From assembly GCF_009914755.1 (NCBI RefSeq), contig NC_060935.1: 64,000 bases of DNA; one strand, given 5' to 3'. The notes under the pieces are model-generated. The model saw only the letters and a list, made by a program, of their open reading frames with translations, was not told where the DNA came from and did no database searches. Shown one piece after another: positions 1 through 12,853 of the stretch. Source of the DNA: the human T2T-CHM13v2.0 reference genome, Homo sapiens. Numbering within the stretch: position 1 is the stretch's first letter; every line of letters starts with the position of its first letter. A program made the translations under genes and the position numbers.

Positions 1-3000
1 GGGAAGACAGTTTGCCCAGAGAAAGGGCAAATACAGTCCCTTGTAGCAAAATCATATTAGGAAAACTAATCATATTAGGAAAACCTTCTGCTCTATGGAA
101 GACTGAACCTAACATTAAATCAGCACATATTGTCTAAATAGGAGTCAAACCAAAACTATTGATTGTTAAAAAAAAAACATTCTGCTAATCAATATAGTAA
201 GTTACTACTTTAAAAACTCTACTATAGTTCTTGAAATTTTACACAAATGAAAGGCTCAGGGTTATTCATTCCTACCCTCCTAGGTTGGAAATTTTCAAAG
301 AAGCATGTTTTGGAAAACTTATTTTCTTTAGATGTGTGAGCCTTCGCTGACTTGAAGCTTCAAATGACTTGTCAATTATGCTCATTTCTGTTGGATACTA
401 TTTTTACAACCCTGTTCAGGGTGGGCCCAACTTGGAAGAAGAACCTCTAATCCCTACCCGAAATAAAACCATCACTAGTAGAGGCACTGCAATTCCTGCT
501 AACGTTTCTGAGAGCTAGTACAGAGTTGAGTACGTTCAGGAAAAGAATGAAAAAAATTAAGATTCTGCTGAAACCCAGAGGGAAAAATCTTTCTAACTAC
601 GTATGTTCCCCCAAGTCAACGTAAACACAGTGTTCACTACAAATCATTAACAAAGCCATTAAGATTTGATTTCTATCTAAGCAATTATTGTCAGCATATT
701 TTGTACATTTCCTTTAAAAGACTCAATCCTATCTTTCAATTCATTAAACTGTTCCCTGCATTTACAGAGTTTTATATCAAATCAGAAACCTATTTGAATT
801 AATAAGAATTACAGTAAAAGTAATTTGAAAATAAATTATTCGAAGTTCAAGCCACGAAAGCGTTTGATGAAAGAATTTAGTTCTATTTAAATATTACAGT
901 AACATTTTTAGGCATCCAATGTGCAGACAAGAGACAGTGAGAACCAGGGTCCAAAGAGAGGGGCCCATCAACTGTAGATTTAAGGTTAAGGGTGTGACCT
1001 CTTCAAGACAAATGCAATTCTTTATTTCTGAGACAGGCAAATATCAACCTGCATGAATACTTTAGTATTTATCTAAAATCAAAAGCAATCAATCTGTCTG
1101 CTGTTTACAAAGCCCCTCTTAACCTTTTTGATCCTCTCCATGTCTTGTTACACCAAACAGTTAAGTCAAATATGTTGATTGTCTGCTCCAAAGACTGTCT
1201 ACTTAATGGTGAAAATAATTATGAATGCCAACCATACAGTTCACAGGCTTAGAGATAAAATAAACTAAACCAACTCAACAAATAATGGAGTGAACAAGAA
1301 TATGTGACATTGACCCAAACACTTCATCTGTATCACCTTGTTTTTTATAGAACCCTATGGAATCCAGAATCAATAGAACTGAGTAGAAAGAAATTTGGAG
1401 ATCAACTCTCTCACTTTAGGCCCAGGGAGCAGATAGGCCTGAAATCATATGACAAGCATGAGGCCCAGCCACGAGTAGATGCCAGACCCCCTGACCAAGT
1501 CATCAAGATATTTCTATTCTTGGCTCTTTCTAGATAACACCTTTGATTCATTGCTAATTACAAAAGCAATATGTGCTCAAAGGCTTTTGTTGTTGTTGTT
1601 TTGACAGTTTTATTTTATGTAGCATTTATAACACTGTATCCTATGGCATGGAGATGGTCAGGATCTCAAAAGAATCTTCTGCTATATAATTACTGTTGTG
1701 TCACTTGAGCTTATAAAAGGAAAAATATTTTATTTAATTTAACATTTTATAATCAGTAACAGGTGAGGCAAATTTTTGAATGGCAAGTTTAAGAGTAATC
1801 CTCCTCTGTGCTGGATTTTTCTTCAATTAAAATTGTTGATTTCCCCTGAATACACAACAAAAAATATCATCTGACACAACATTAAGCTATTCATGAATAT
1901 TCTGTATACACGTTCTTGTTTAGCTGACTAATGGCAAATTAACGTTCTCTATTTTCGCTTAAACACATACTATAGGTATGTTTGATTAGCATTGAATTCC
2001 AAAAGCTGATTACTATGCATGGTTTGATTATGTAATTACATAATAGAGTATAATGGCTCCTTTGGAGTCATTATGATCTATATGGCAAATATGTTTCAGT
2101 TTTGCTATAGTTTAAATACACGTTGAAATGACAGCTCATAACAAGGTTCCACTTTTCAGTCTTATTGGGCATTTTCCCATTCATCCTAACATCTCCTTGA
2201 CACCAATTAAGGTCTATTGTGTCAAGCTGCATACACTTTTGAGAAATTCCTTTTGTTTTCTTGGCATTCAAAGGAGGACATTAATTTTAAAAGCAGTATT
2301 AAGCAAAAGGCCTGGTTTAAAAAAAAGGCTGAAATTCCATCCTTCATCCACCCTTTGAAAGGTCTGCAGGGAATCACATCTAGTTCATTAATCATTGTTC
2401 AGACAACCACAAGGGGGTTAAAGATGGAATTTCACCTTTAAGTCCAAAATGCACATGAAGGGAGAATAGCCAAGAATACTGATGCTTAGGGTGGTGGCTC
2501 ACCACAATGCATTCCACTCAGGGTCTAACTCAACAGCAACCACAGCAAATAACATGAAGACCCATTTTCTCAAACCTCATGTCTTCTAGTGTCCCTTATA
2601 TTCTGAAATTCCTTTGGGGAGAGGCAGCTCTGAAATAGCACAGCAAGGTTTCTCCTTCAGAGTCCCCAGACTGGGTTTTCCACAGCTATAAGGCCAACAA
2701 AACTTACCTAGTGAATAGATTTTTGACAATTCCGCCCTCAACTTACACACTGGAAAGTAGTCAGGTTTTAAAACACTTACTGGAAAGAATTATGTAAATT
2801 AGGAAAAAAGTTATTGGAAAGAATTATGTAAAGTTTCTTTTGTCCCCATGAAATTCTTTAACATCAGCTGCAAGAAGAGTTATTTCTGCTTTTCTCTCCC
2901 AAGAGAATGATCTCCTACACCATGCCAAACCAAAGGTGACCAGAGTCTTGACTTCAAAGACTAATATGCATCAAACCATTTCTACCTTTGTGTGTATTGG

Positions 3001-4789
3001 TTTTTGACATTAAGGCTGAAGAACGGAGGTCAAGCACAGTCCAACTTCTATTTACATACAGGATGGGTATCTCTTGTGAAAGAAAACACTGATTAGATGG
3101 GTGAAAACTCTTTTCAAGGAAGACTGTGACAAAAGAAAATAGTTATAGCATCCCTGCCTGTACTATTACAATTTCAACCATCACATTAGCTGCCTTCCCT
3201 TTAAAAGACTGAGCTCAATATGACTTTTTAATCAGGGCCCACATCACTAAAAGTGCCAAACAATTACGACGCTGAAGGTCTGAGCTATCTGATCCCATAA
3301 AAGGAAGAGGTGCAATTCTCTCTATAGAATGTTTATGCGGAGTGACACCCATCCACTAAACTTGAAGATCTGAATTAGCTTTTCCATTAAAATTCACTTA
3401 TCAAAGAAGCTAATGGCAAAAAAAGAAACAGGAATATAAAAATAAACCATAAAAGATAATAATAATCATTGAATCCTTTTGCTTTGCACACTGGTAGGTG
3501 AAAACCTGAGACTTTTTTCTCTCACTTCTTTTCATAGCTGGATAGGTTGCATGGGCTTTTCGTTCATAAGCAAGATAGCATCTTTTTTAGAGAGAAGATA
3601 GGATAACCCTGAAGAAAAACTCTCTCTAGTGGACAGGTTTTATGAGAACTAAAAGAGAGAGAAAAAAATCGAGCCCCCAAAGTAGAAAAGCCACTATTTC
3701 ATTTGTTTGTGAGATGGCATTGAAATCACCTTGTGGAAGAGTCATTTTAAGCCTGCTAAATCTGCTTAGAGGCCCTTGGGAGAAGGGGGGCTCTTAAAAA
3801 ATATTAATTAAACAATAACTGCAGCCATCCAACAAACGTGGACTTTGGAGAAGAACAATCTGAAGGCAGAGGCTTCTTATGAAACTAATTGTGTTGGCAA
3901 AGCAAGCAGTTTCTTCTCAATGGATTTGATTCTGTGATGCTCGTTTATGGCAAAAAAAGAATAAAAGAATAGTTTTAGATTGAGCTGCTTTAGTAGCAAT
4001 TCAAAGCTGGGTGGTATTCCAGCATTTCAAAACATATGAAGTTTCTTTTAGACAAAATGGAGTTGTGCTGAAGGCCAATTGTTGATCTTCTGTATCAACC
4101 ACTTTGCTAATGAACTTATAATATGATATTATACTCTAGGAAACATTAAGTGACTGCTTTCTAGAGTGAAAACCGGTTACACAAAATTCCACTGTTGACA
4201 AGCATGGACTATTGAGAAGGAAACTCACATTCTTTTAAAAGGGATGAACTGTGTAAATAGCAGCTGATAGCTGATAAAGCACAAACCCTCACTTCATCTG
4301 GTGTTGTTGGTCACAGGCCCCAAAGTTAGTTGAAGTCTGGGATAATAGGAAGCGACTGATTTAATTCAATATAGAACTATCTACATTTCCCAAAACACAA
4401 GCTATTCACAACTAAAACAAAAGGTTTACTGGATTAAAACTCAAAACACATATTTGAAAACCACAAAGGAAGATACAAATATTAGGTTCTACTGTTCCTA
4501 CAAAATCTAAGGGAACTTAGATTTCTCTTTTACCCCAGAAGAGATCTTAGTAGCCAAACTACTTATTATATATACTGCAGCAGCCTCTGGTGAGCTCTTA
4601 CTCTGTAAAAAATATAACATTGGCTTTCCCTAACCAAATTAAGGAAAAATTTAGGATTTCAAAGCTATGGGGATGGGTGACCCTACTGTGGTCTCTTCTA
4701 CTTTAATGGATACTTCTCAATCCCCCTGAGTCGTAAGTATATCAGAGATGTAGGCTGTTCACAATACTTGCCATTACTAGTTATTCTTT

Positions 4790-5068
4790 GAGACAGAGTC
4801 TCCCTCTGTTGCCCAGGCTGCAGTGCAGTAGTGCGATTCGGCTCACTGCAAGCTCCGCCTCCCGGGTTCACACCATTCTCCTGCCTCAGCCTCCCAAGTA
4901 GCTGGGACTACAGGCGCCCGCCACCACCCTGGCTAATTTTTTGTATTTTTAGTAGAGATGAGGTTTCACTGTGTTAGCCAGGATGGTCTCGATCTCCTGA
5001 CCTCGTGATCTGCCTGCCTCAGCCTCGCAAAGTGCTGGGATTACAAGCATGAGCCACTGTGCCCACCC
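4790..5068 (-). mobile_element. AluY-like SINE with no A-tail beyond the TSD
   Basis: Reverse-complement Alu with Y-type diagnostics (ctgcaagctccgcctcccgggttca, gatggtctcgatctcctgacctcgtgatc). TSD TTACTAGTTATTCTTT (4774-4789) / TTACCAGTTATTCTTT (5069-5084). Confidence 0.93.
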
Positions 5069-5526
5069 TTACCAGTTATTCTTTATAAAATTATTTAAAT
5101 TGAATTTCTTTACAACCTCATCCTCAAGTCTCAATGGAGATAACATATGTATTTCCCTTATTTTATATATCCTAATTTTAAGTACCCAATTTAATATGAT
5201 TTTCTCTTTGTTAAGAGGTACTGTGATTAAACTTGGGTCACTTTTCACTTCAGCTCACTAAAAGCTGGGTTTTTCCCCCTTTACATTTGTCTCCAGGGTG
5301 TTAAAAGATTAACAACTAGTGTAAGATATTTAAAATCATAAGACTGTAACGGGTAACAATAATTACTACATAAAGAGAAGAAAAGGAAAGTGGCTGCTAT
5401 TCTCCACATGTATAGAGGCAAGAAAAACAAATTATTTATTTTCCAAAGCACTTATTATTAATTTTTCTAATATTAAGAAAACTCTCACTGCTATCTGGAG
5501 GAGGATATTCTTTTAATCATCTGCAT

Positions 5527-5760
5527 GATAACAATAGCTAATGTATTTTTAAAATGTTTTCTATGCAAGGCGCTATGCTTCTTTTTTTTCCCTTTCTTCA
5601 CATTATCTAATTTAAACCTCACAACAATCTTATGTGGTTCAATATCCCATTATCATCTCCATTACACAGACAAGGAAGCTAAGATTTACATATACTGAAT
5701 AAGTGGTTGGAACCAATATCTGAATCCAGGTCTGTTTAACTCTAGATTGGGTGCTATTAA
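5527..5760 (-). mobile_element. MIR SINE
   Basis: Degenerate antisense MIR (aaacctcacaacaatcttatg...attatcatctccattacacagacaaggaagctaag...tgaatccaggtctg). Confidence 0.7.
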
Positions 5761-7849
5761 CAATTATACTATATTAATAAGGTAGCTGAAAGGACAATAA
5801 GCTTTACGATGCTAAAAGAATGAAGGAGAACTAATGAATGAATTTATAGTATCTCATTTTTATAACTCAGGAACAAAACTAAAGTAACATTCTCAGCATA
5901 TCAAGGAATCTGAAGCCAAACAGCCAATCTATCAGCAACCAGCATGTTCCAATATGTGATACTGATAAAATTAGCTCTACAACAGGGTCTTTAGTATTTA
6001 GAGAGGAGATGTCTGTTCTGCCAAAGGACCCAAACTCGAAAGGCAGCTCAACTCCAACTTAACGGCATTTACAGTACCTGCCTCAAGGGCATTCATTAGT
6101 ATTGACAGTCTACGTGGCTGAAATGTGGCTGTAATAGCAGTCTCTCTCTACACCTCCTCATTCATTTTTCCTGCCAACAAGAGTCATTGAAAACCTTCCA
6201 AATTTAAAGCTTAGAGCCGACAGGACAAGCAAGTAAGGATATCAGTTGGAACACATCAGATATGGACTCAGAGTGAATGTCAGTTTCAACTGACATTACT
6301 ACAGAAACAGAAAATTGGGAAGTGGGAGGGGAGAGGTGTTTTATATTCTTATTCTAGAGTGTATTCTGTGAGTGTGTGTAATATGGTTTGTTCAAGAAAC
6401 AGCTGTAAATCCATGATAATCATCATGCTGAATAATGCTGCAACATTCAGCTTATCCACATCTCCTACCAGGAAGCCAAGCAGCTTTGAACTATTATATG
6501 AAATGACAATTTCTTAGCTGGAAAACTGGGGTCCATGACTAAGGCCCTTATTGCTGAGTTATTCACTCTATCATCTGTCAATCATAAAGCAAGTGCTAGT
6601 GGTTTTTTGTTTGTTTATTAGTTTTTAAAACTGGTTTCCTCAGTTGCTGGTCCCAGCTCAACCTGGGAAGACGTATAATAGAGGTAGAAAGCTCTTTTAA
6701 GCCACAGTTTGATGAAGGAATTGCATGTGGAGAGAAGTCAGTGGACCAAAGAGATTCCAGATTCTACTCTTATGCCTGCTGACTCCCCAGTGCAAAGCCT
6801 ATGTCAGACAATTATGCACAGTAACTACACAAACTGGTGCCATTATAACAATAACTTGATTAGTATCATCTAAGTGTGGGCTGCTGATTAATCATCACTG
6901 AAATTAGAGATAAGTGAGAAGAACATTACCTATGACTTATTTTTCACTAATAGGGGGCAGCTAAGAAGAAATGAGACCATCGCACTTGGAAAACAGGAAT
7001 TTTTGTTGTAGTTCTGAGCTTACTGGTGGTGAAAACAGGAAAACCTCTGAAATTCTGAATGTTTCTATATTTTAAAATGGATAAATGTTATCTCTCCAAA
7101 AGGATTATTATGAGAATTGAGTGAAGTAATGCCTATGAAAGTATTTAAGCTCCAAAAATGCTAAATAGAGAACTATGACCTTCTCTTCCATATTCTTCAT
7201 CAGCATCACCACCATCTATGCACTCTCTGTCTATTTTATTAGGACCTTCTTATGATCTTCCATAATCTGCTGAATTTTTTTTTATTTCAGAGGTTTAGCT
7301 ATAATTGTTTTAATTCTAAGGCTAACTAAAAAGCAGAGAGCAAATTAAAATATCTTTATCAAACATTTATATTGAATTGCAAATTAAAAACCACAAGTAT
7401 GAAACATATAAGGTAAATAGCAGATGAGGGCAGAGGACCAGACATTTGGAATTGCAATCTACAGCATTAAAAACATGACTTATCGTCTGGGTTTCCTCCC
7501 TTTCTGTATAAGCCCATAAGTAGTTCAGAGAGCAATCACCATATTCAAAGGGTGTGAAGGGTGCCTAGTGTTAGGCTGATAATGCAATGCACCCTTCTCC
7601 CTGTAAAACCTAAAAAAAAAAATCAATATTTCAGATGCCAAACATCTTGAGGGAATACGGTGTTTCACAAAAGTCAGCTTTCCATATAACTAAACCTCTC
7701 TTTAAACACTGAGACTAAGACAAAATGAAATAAATGACAAATTGCACAAAAGCTTGCTGTCTTCCAATTTTCTCTGTTCTATGCTTCTATACAGGGAGGA
7801 CATCCATGAGTTACTGAAATATGCACGAATACTTGGCCTTCCTCTAAGC

Positions 7850-8080
7850 CGGGGGTGTCCAATCTTTTGGCTTCCCTGGGCCTCACTGGAAAAAGAATTG
7901 TCTTGGGTCACACATAAAATACACTAACACTGATGACCCCTGATAAGGTTAAACAAACAAACAAACAACACACACACACATCTCATAACGTTTTAAGAAA
8001 GTTTACAAATTTGTGTTAGGCTACATTCAAAGCTGTCCTGGGCTGTATATGGTCTGTGGGCTGCAGGTTGGACAAGCTGG
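7850..8080 (+). mobile_element. MER30 (hAT-Charlie MITE)
   Basis: Begins cgggggtgtccaatcttttggcttccctgggcc and ends ggttggacaagctgg. Imperfect 8-bp TSD ctctaagc/ccctaaac. Confidence 0.88.
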
Positions 8081-8771
8081 CCCTAAACAGTCTTAGCCTG
8101 TTCGGCTTGCACGTGTCCTCTGCTGTTTCCCTCGAATGCTGGCTGTCACATCTCACAGATAATTCCTGCCTTTAGGACTAAGTGCATGAGCTTTGAGAAA
8201 GCTATCAGGTATTGAGACCTTTCCTGCTTTCTAATGAGTTCCTGGGTATGTCTAAGATGTTTGGGGTGTCTGGAAACCTAACCTTCACTAAGTGGTGTGC
8301 TCCTATGGCATCACGGGACATAATTTTCCCCTTTCATTTGACATCAAACAAAGAAAAGTTGCACAGACAAAATTTAATTGAATAATAATATTTTGTTTAG
8401 TTTGATAACTATACAATGACACTAATAGATATTCTTAGGTAAAAATATACCCTTGAATGTAGGAAGCAAATCAATATGTAATTGATGACTGACAGTAGTT
8501 ACTGACATAATTTCTTAATTTATTGCTTAATCAAACCCACCTATTACTAATCTACTCATCACAGCGGAAAACTGACCATGGAGGAATTCCTACTTGTCCT
8601 GTAGGATTGAGCTCAAAGCCATCAGCTTTCTCCATGAAGAGAGCTCTGATGACTGCCCAGGTTTCTTGATGTCTAACTCACACAAATCGTTATGTGTCTC
8701 AGTCTCAGTACTCATTACATGGATAGCTCTGTGATTATTTGTTTATAGGGTTATTTCCTTCATTTGATTTT

Positions 8772-8980
8772 GATCTGGGTTCAATCCTAGCTCTGCCAGT
8801 TATTAGGCAGACCTTGGGAAAGTTAAACTCTCTTAAGCCTCAGGATTCTCACACATAATAATGGGTATGAAATACCTCCCTTGCTAGGTTATCTTGAGGT
8901 GCAAATGAGATAATCCACATATTTGTACAGCTTGAGTCTTGACACAAAACCTGTGTGCCAAAAATATATATTGTTATTTT
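8772..8980 (+). mobile_element. MIR SINE
   Basis: ctgggttcaatcctagctctgcca...gaccttgggaaagttaaactctcttaagcctcag resembles the MIR core. Confidence 0.75.
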
Positions 8981-8984
8981 AATT

Positions 8985-9110
8985 ATCTTGAGCTCCTTGA
9001 GAGCAGTCACACTATCTTAATCATCTTTGTATCTCGAAAGCATAATACAGTATTGGCTAAGAGGGCGAATGTTAATAAATGTTTATTGAATAAAATTACT
9101 AAATGATAAG
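8985..9110 (+). mobile_element. L2 3' end fragment
   Basis: gagctccttgagagcag...catctttgtatct...aataaatgtttattgaataaa resembles the L2 3' terminus. Confidence 0.6.
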
Positions 9111-9329
9111 CTGTTTTAAGACTTCATGGGTGCTAGGCGCTCTCACTTTTTGAAGTAACTGGTCCATATAACATCAAGACTTATTAAGTATCATCCATAT
9201 CTCACACTAAATATAATTTTGAATTAAAATTTTCAAAGGGTTTTTGCTTTCAAAATTATTTCCAATTGTATATTTTATTTTGAAGCCAATACTTTTCGAT
9301 ATCTCGGGGATTTTCACAAGACTCTTGGA

Positions 9330-9412
9330 AGGAAACAGGCCTTAGTATTGGACCTAGAGTGCTAATAGAGAAAACAGCCCTACTTTAAGAAGTTCCTAAT
9401 GCGCAAGGGAGA

Positions 9413-9463
<51 letters not shown>

Positions 9464-9990
9464 ACAACAAACGCATACTTGTAAGTCACAAGTTACTAAT
9501 ATGCTATGGGTACCATAGAAAAGGATGACCAGCTCAGTTGGGATAAGGGTGCAGCTTCTAGAGAGGGGGAAGAAGGAGAGGAAATCTGAAAGGAGGATCG
9601 TGGCATATTTGGAACAATATGAAAAATACAGTGTGCTCTGAATAGAGACAAGAAGGAACGTTTTCTGGAAAGGTCATTAGGTCCAGATATTGAATGACAT
9701 TGCATGCCAGGCTAGGGAATTTGCACTGTATCTTGTAATCAATAGGGGGCCATTAAGTGATTTTAATCCAGGGAATGATTACACCTGTATTTTGAAAGAT
9801 ACCTTCTATGTAGAGAGGGATGGGAGGCTGAGGAGGAAAAGGGCTGGAGTCAGGAGGATCAGTTAAGAGACTGCCACAGAGTGCTCAGGAGCTGATAAGA
9901 GTCAGGGAAAAGAGTATAGAGAAGAGGAAGCAGAACTCAGGAGAAGGAAAAGAGAGTGAGCAGGAGTCGAGAATACTTCAGAGGTCAGGC
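9330..9990 (-). mobile_element. L2 fragment (contains a CA microsatellite)
   Basis: Purine-rich degenerate L2 antisense (gggaatttgcactgtatcttgtaatcaatagggggccattaagtgattttaa; ggagtcaggaggatcagttaagagactg). Confidence 0.6.
9417..9460 (+). repeat. (CA)22 microsatellite
   Basis: Perfect dinucleotide run. Confidence 0.98.
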
Positions 9991-10221
9991 GCACGGGCTT
10001 TGGCATCAGTGTTCCCCTTTTAAAGGAAGAAATGAGCGTTACTTGCCTCTATAAACGTCAGTTAAGGTCTAGCTGCCTTCTAAGGAAAGACCAGCAAAGA
10101 GCTAATTTCAGAAGTTAAAGGGCAAAGGACACATACATTCTGCAATATGACTCAAGAGGGTTTTCCGTAGCACCCAATTGTACCAAAAATATAATTAGGA
10201 CACCTGTCCACCAGTCCCCTC

Positions 10222-10388
10222 AGAGCTTTGCTATGCAGTGTTGTTGACCAGCAGTCTTGACAATCCCTGGGAGATTACTAAAAATGCAGAATCTCAAACT
10301 CACACGAGACCTACTAAGTCAGAAAGTGCATTTTAACAAGAGACTCAGATAATTCCTATGCATATTAATTTGAGGAGCGCTGGCCTGG
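10222..10388. mobile_element. MER5 family (MER5B-like) DNA transposon
   Basis: ctgggagattactaaaaatgcagaatctca...gacctactaagtcagaaagtgcattttaacaag...tttgaggagcgctgg. Confidence 0.75.
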
Positions 10389-12677
10389 AGTATATTAATT
10401 CCAATCATTCTTTTATATCACAGTCATAAACACAAGACTAACAGCTAAACCAAAGGAGATCCTAGAAAGAGAAATATTCCTAGATAACTTGTTTTGAGGA
10501 AACTGGTGAATCTTGGTGTAATGGGATAAAGAAGATCATGAATCCTAGCCACCAAATTAGGCCAGTTTCCAGGAATAAACATGTTTAAAAACAAATTTTT
10601 AAAAATTCAAGGTTGCAGGAAGATAAATTGATGTGGCTCATGGATAAAATCAATAGGAAACTGAATGTATCATTCTTCCTTAAGTTGCAAACAACGAGCA
10701 ATGCACAGATGAAAAATAACAACAACCAATGCACAAATGAAAAATCCTCTCCCAAAGCAGCTAGCTGACTGTAACCAATGCAAATAGATTATTCTGCACT
10801 TAATTGCAAAAATGACTACTTCTAGCCAGCGCTCTCACCCTTAGTGGGGTCTGTCAGTTCACAAGCGGTAGCACCCTAGCTGAATTTTTGCTTACTTGGT
10901 TTTATTGTTACTGTGTGTTTTGTGTTTGTGAGCATTAGGCCAGTGAAGACAAAAACAGCAAATAGAGAAATAAAGCAAGTGTTCCAAAATGAAAACTGAA
11001 AAGAGGCTGCAGAGGTTTGTTATAGAAGTGATGAAATTCAGCTATATGATTTGAAGGCAGGAAAAAAATAAAAGCTATCTTACCCATTACAACAGGCCTT
11101 TTCACTCTGGCTAGCAGATAAAAATTGCTGTAAAAATATAGGTAACAGCATAAACCAAAGTTTAAGAGAAATAACAAGAGTCTTAAGCTTGAGGCAGAAA
11201 GAATCAGGCTTGGAATGAGCCTCATAGAATGTCCAGGAGAAGAAAAAGTAAACACCAGTTTCATTTCACACAGCCTCTTAATGAATATCCATGGATCAGC
11301 CTGGACTGCTGGCCCTGTTCTCAGTCACTGGAGTCAGCGTGCCTTGTGCCATCCGGATATAGGCTAACAGCATCGTTAGCAGCTGCTCACAGGGGGAAGT
11401 AACACTTACCTTGAAACCAGAGAATTCACCTCAGAGTGAAAGGCTCAGTGTGGGGGAGGTTCTTTCCTATCACTCTGAAAATTTATATACCTAGGACTTC
11501 AATTTGTTTCAGTTTTCCAGTAAACTTTTTTTCTGGTTGGAGGTGGGCAGGGAGAGAGAGCCAGCAACAAAATGGCCATTGCCATGTTCTAGTTCCTATT
11601 GTTTGTGTTCCTTAACATATGGCAATTGCAATAGGTTCACACTTACTCCTTCCTCTAAAAAGTTTGTTCTTATATGAAAGCTGTTAGCTGTTCTTACCAC
11701 TGGTATGTCCAGATGCCTTCATTGCAATGGGAGCAGATCTCTGAACAGTTTTCTGCTGGGTTACTAAGTGCAGTTTCAGAGAGAATAACATTCTGAATTT
11801 TGGTCTCTTAAAAAAGTCGTTAGGTTTATGGGCAGTCATGCTTGTCACATTTAGAGTGTGAATTACGTACTTCCTGGAAACCCAGTTAAGCCCTCACAAT
11901 TGTGCACAGCCATAATTTCTGCAGAACAAGCACCAACAATTGAGGCACTTTATTACGACTACTTTTCATGTATAAGATGCCAAAATCAACACTTCCAACT
12001 TTATACGGTAGTTTTTCTTTTTAAAAAAGTTTTTTTTTAATAAAGAAAAAAATAATCTAATGGGCTACTTGCTGTTCTATTCACTTTTTAGATTTGCCAA
12101 TTTTTGAGTGACTGCCAGCACCAGGGACTCTTTGTAGCACCTTATACTTGGGATATAATAAAATCATGAAATGATTAAAAATACTGTGAGTGTAACTGCA
12201 GAAGGAACTATATATTCTGGGCCCCAAGGAAGGCCATTTCTTTGCAGAATCAGACAGACTCCATTTATGTTATTAAATTGTAGCACTATTCACTGTCCAG
12301 ACTGGAAGCTTCCTGACATGTCAAAAGCACTAAATATGTCCAAAGCACACATTAGAACCTTAACCTTTAGAATGCTGGTATTCTCTAGCACTGTAACCAG
12401 AGGAGCATAGGAGTTAGTGTATCCAGTTCTATGACATCTTTTAAATGTCAAAAATGTTTATCTGTCAGAAAATGTTTATTTTTATCACTAATTCACCAGT
12501 GAATGAAAAAAGTATGAAGAATGTAGGGCTTGTACACAGAGTAAATTATTAGTATAAATGACAGGACCAAGTAATATTAATAGTAATAAAAGCAGCAGTT
12601 AAATGCTGCTGCTTTGAACCTTAGCTCTATGCCAGGCCACCCTTTTAAGGGTGTTTGTTGGTTGTTTTGCATACATC

Positions 12678-12853
12678 TGCATTCTCAAACGTTGTCACAT
12701 GCATCAGCATCACCTGGAGGGCCTGTCTGCTGGGCCCTTCCCAGGGTTTCAGATTCAGCAGGTGCGAGGTGGGGCCCAGGCGTTTGCATGCCTAGTAAGC
12801 TCACAGGTGATGCTGACACTGCTGATCCAGGGTCTATGCTCTGAGAATTGGCA
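12678..12853. mobile_element. MER5A DNA transposon
   Basis: ttctcaaac...gcatcagcatcacctggagggc...gattcagcaggtgcgaggtggggcccagg...caggtgatgctga...ctgagaa. Confidence 0.82.

Noticed and set aside
2781-2832. Repeat-spacer-repeat pattern superficially like CRISPR
   Set aside because: Only two units, primate genomic context and no cas genes; a simple local duplication.
6948-6963. CTCF-like CTAATAGGGGGCAGCT (also ~38655 on the minus strand)
   Set aside because: Two or more mismatches in the 5' core; not supportable without ChIP data.
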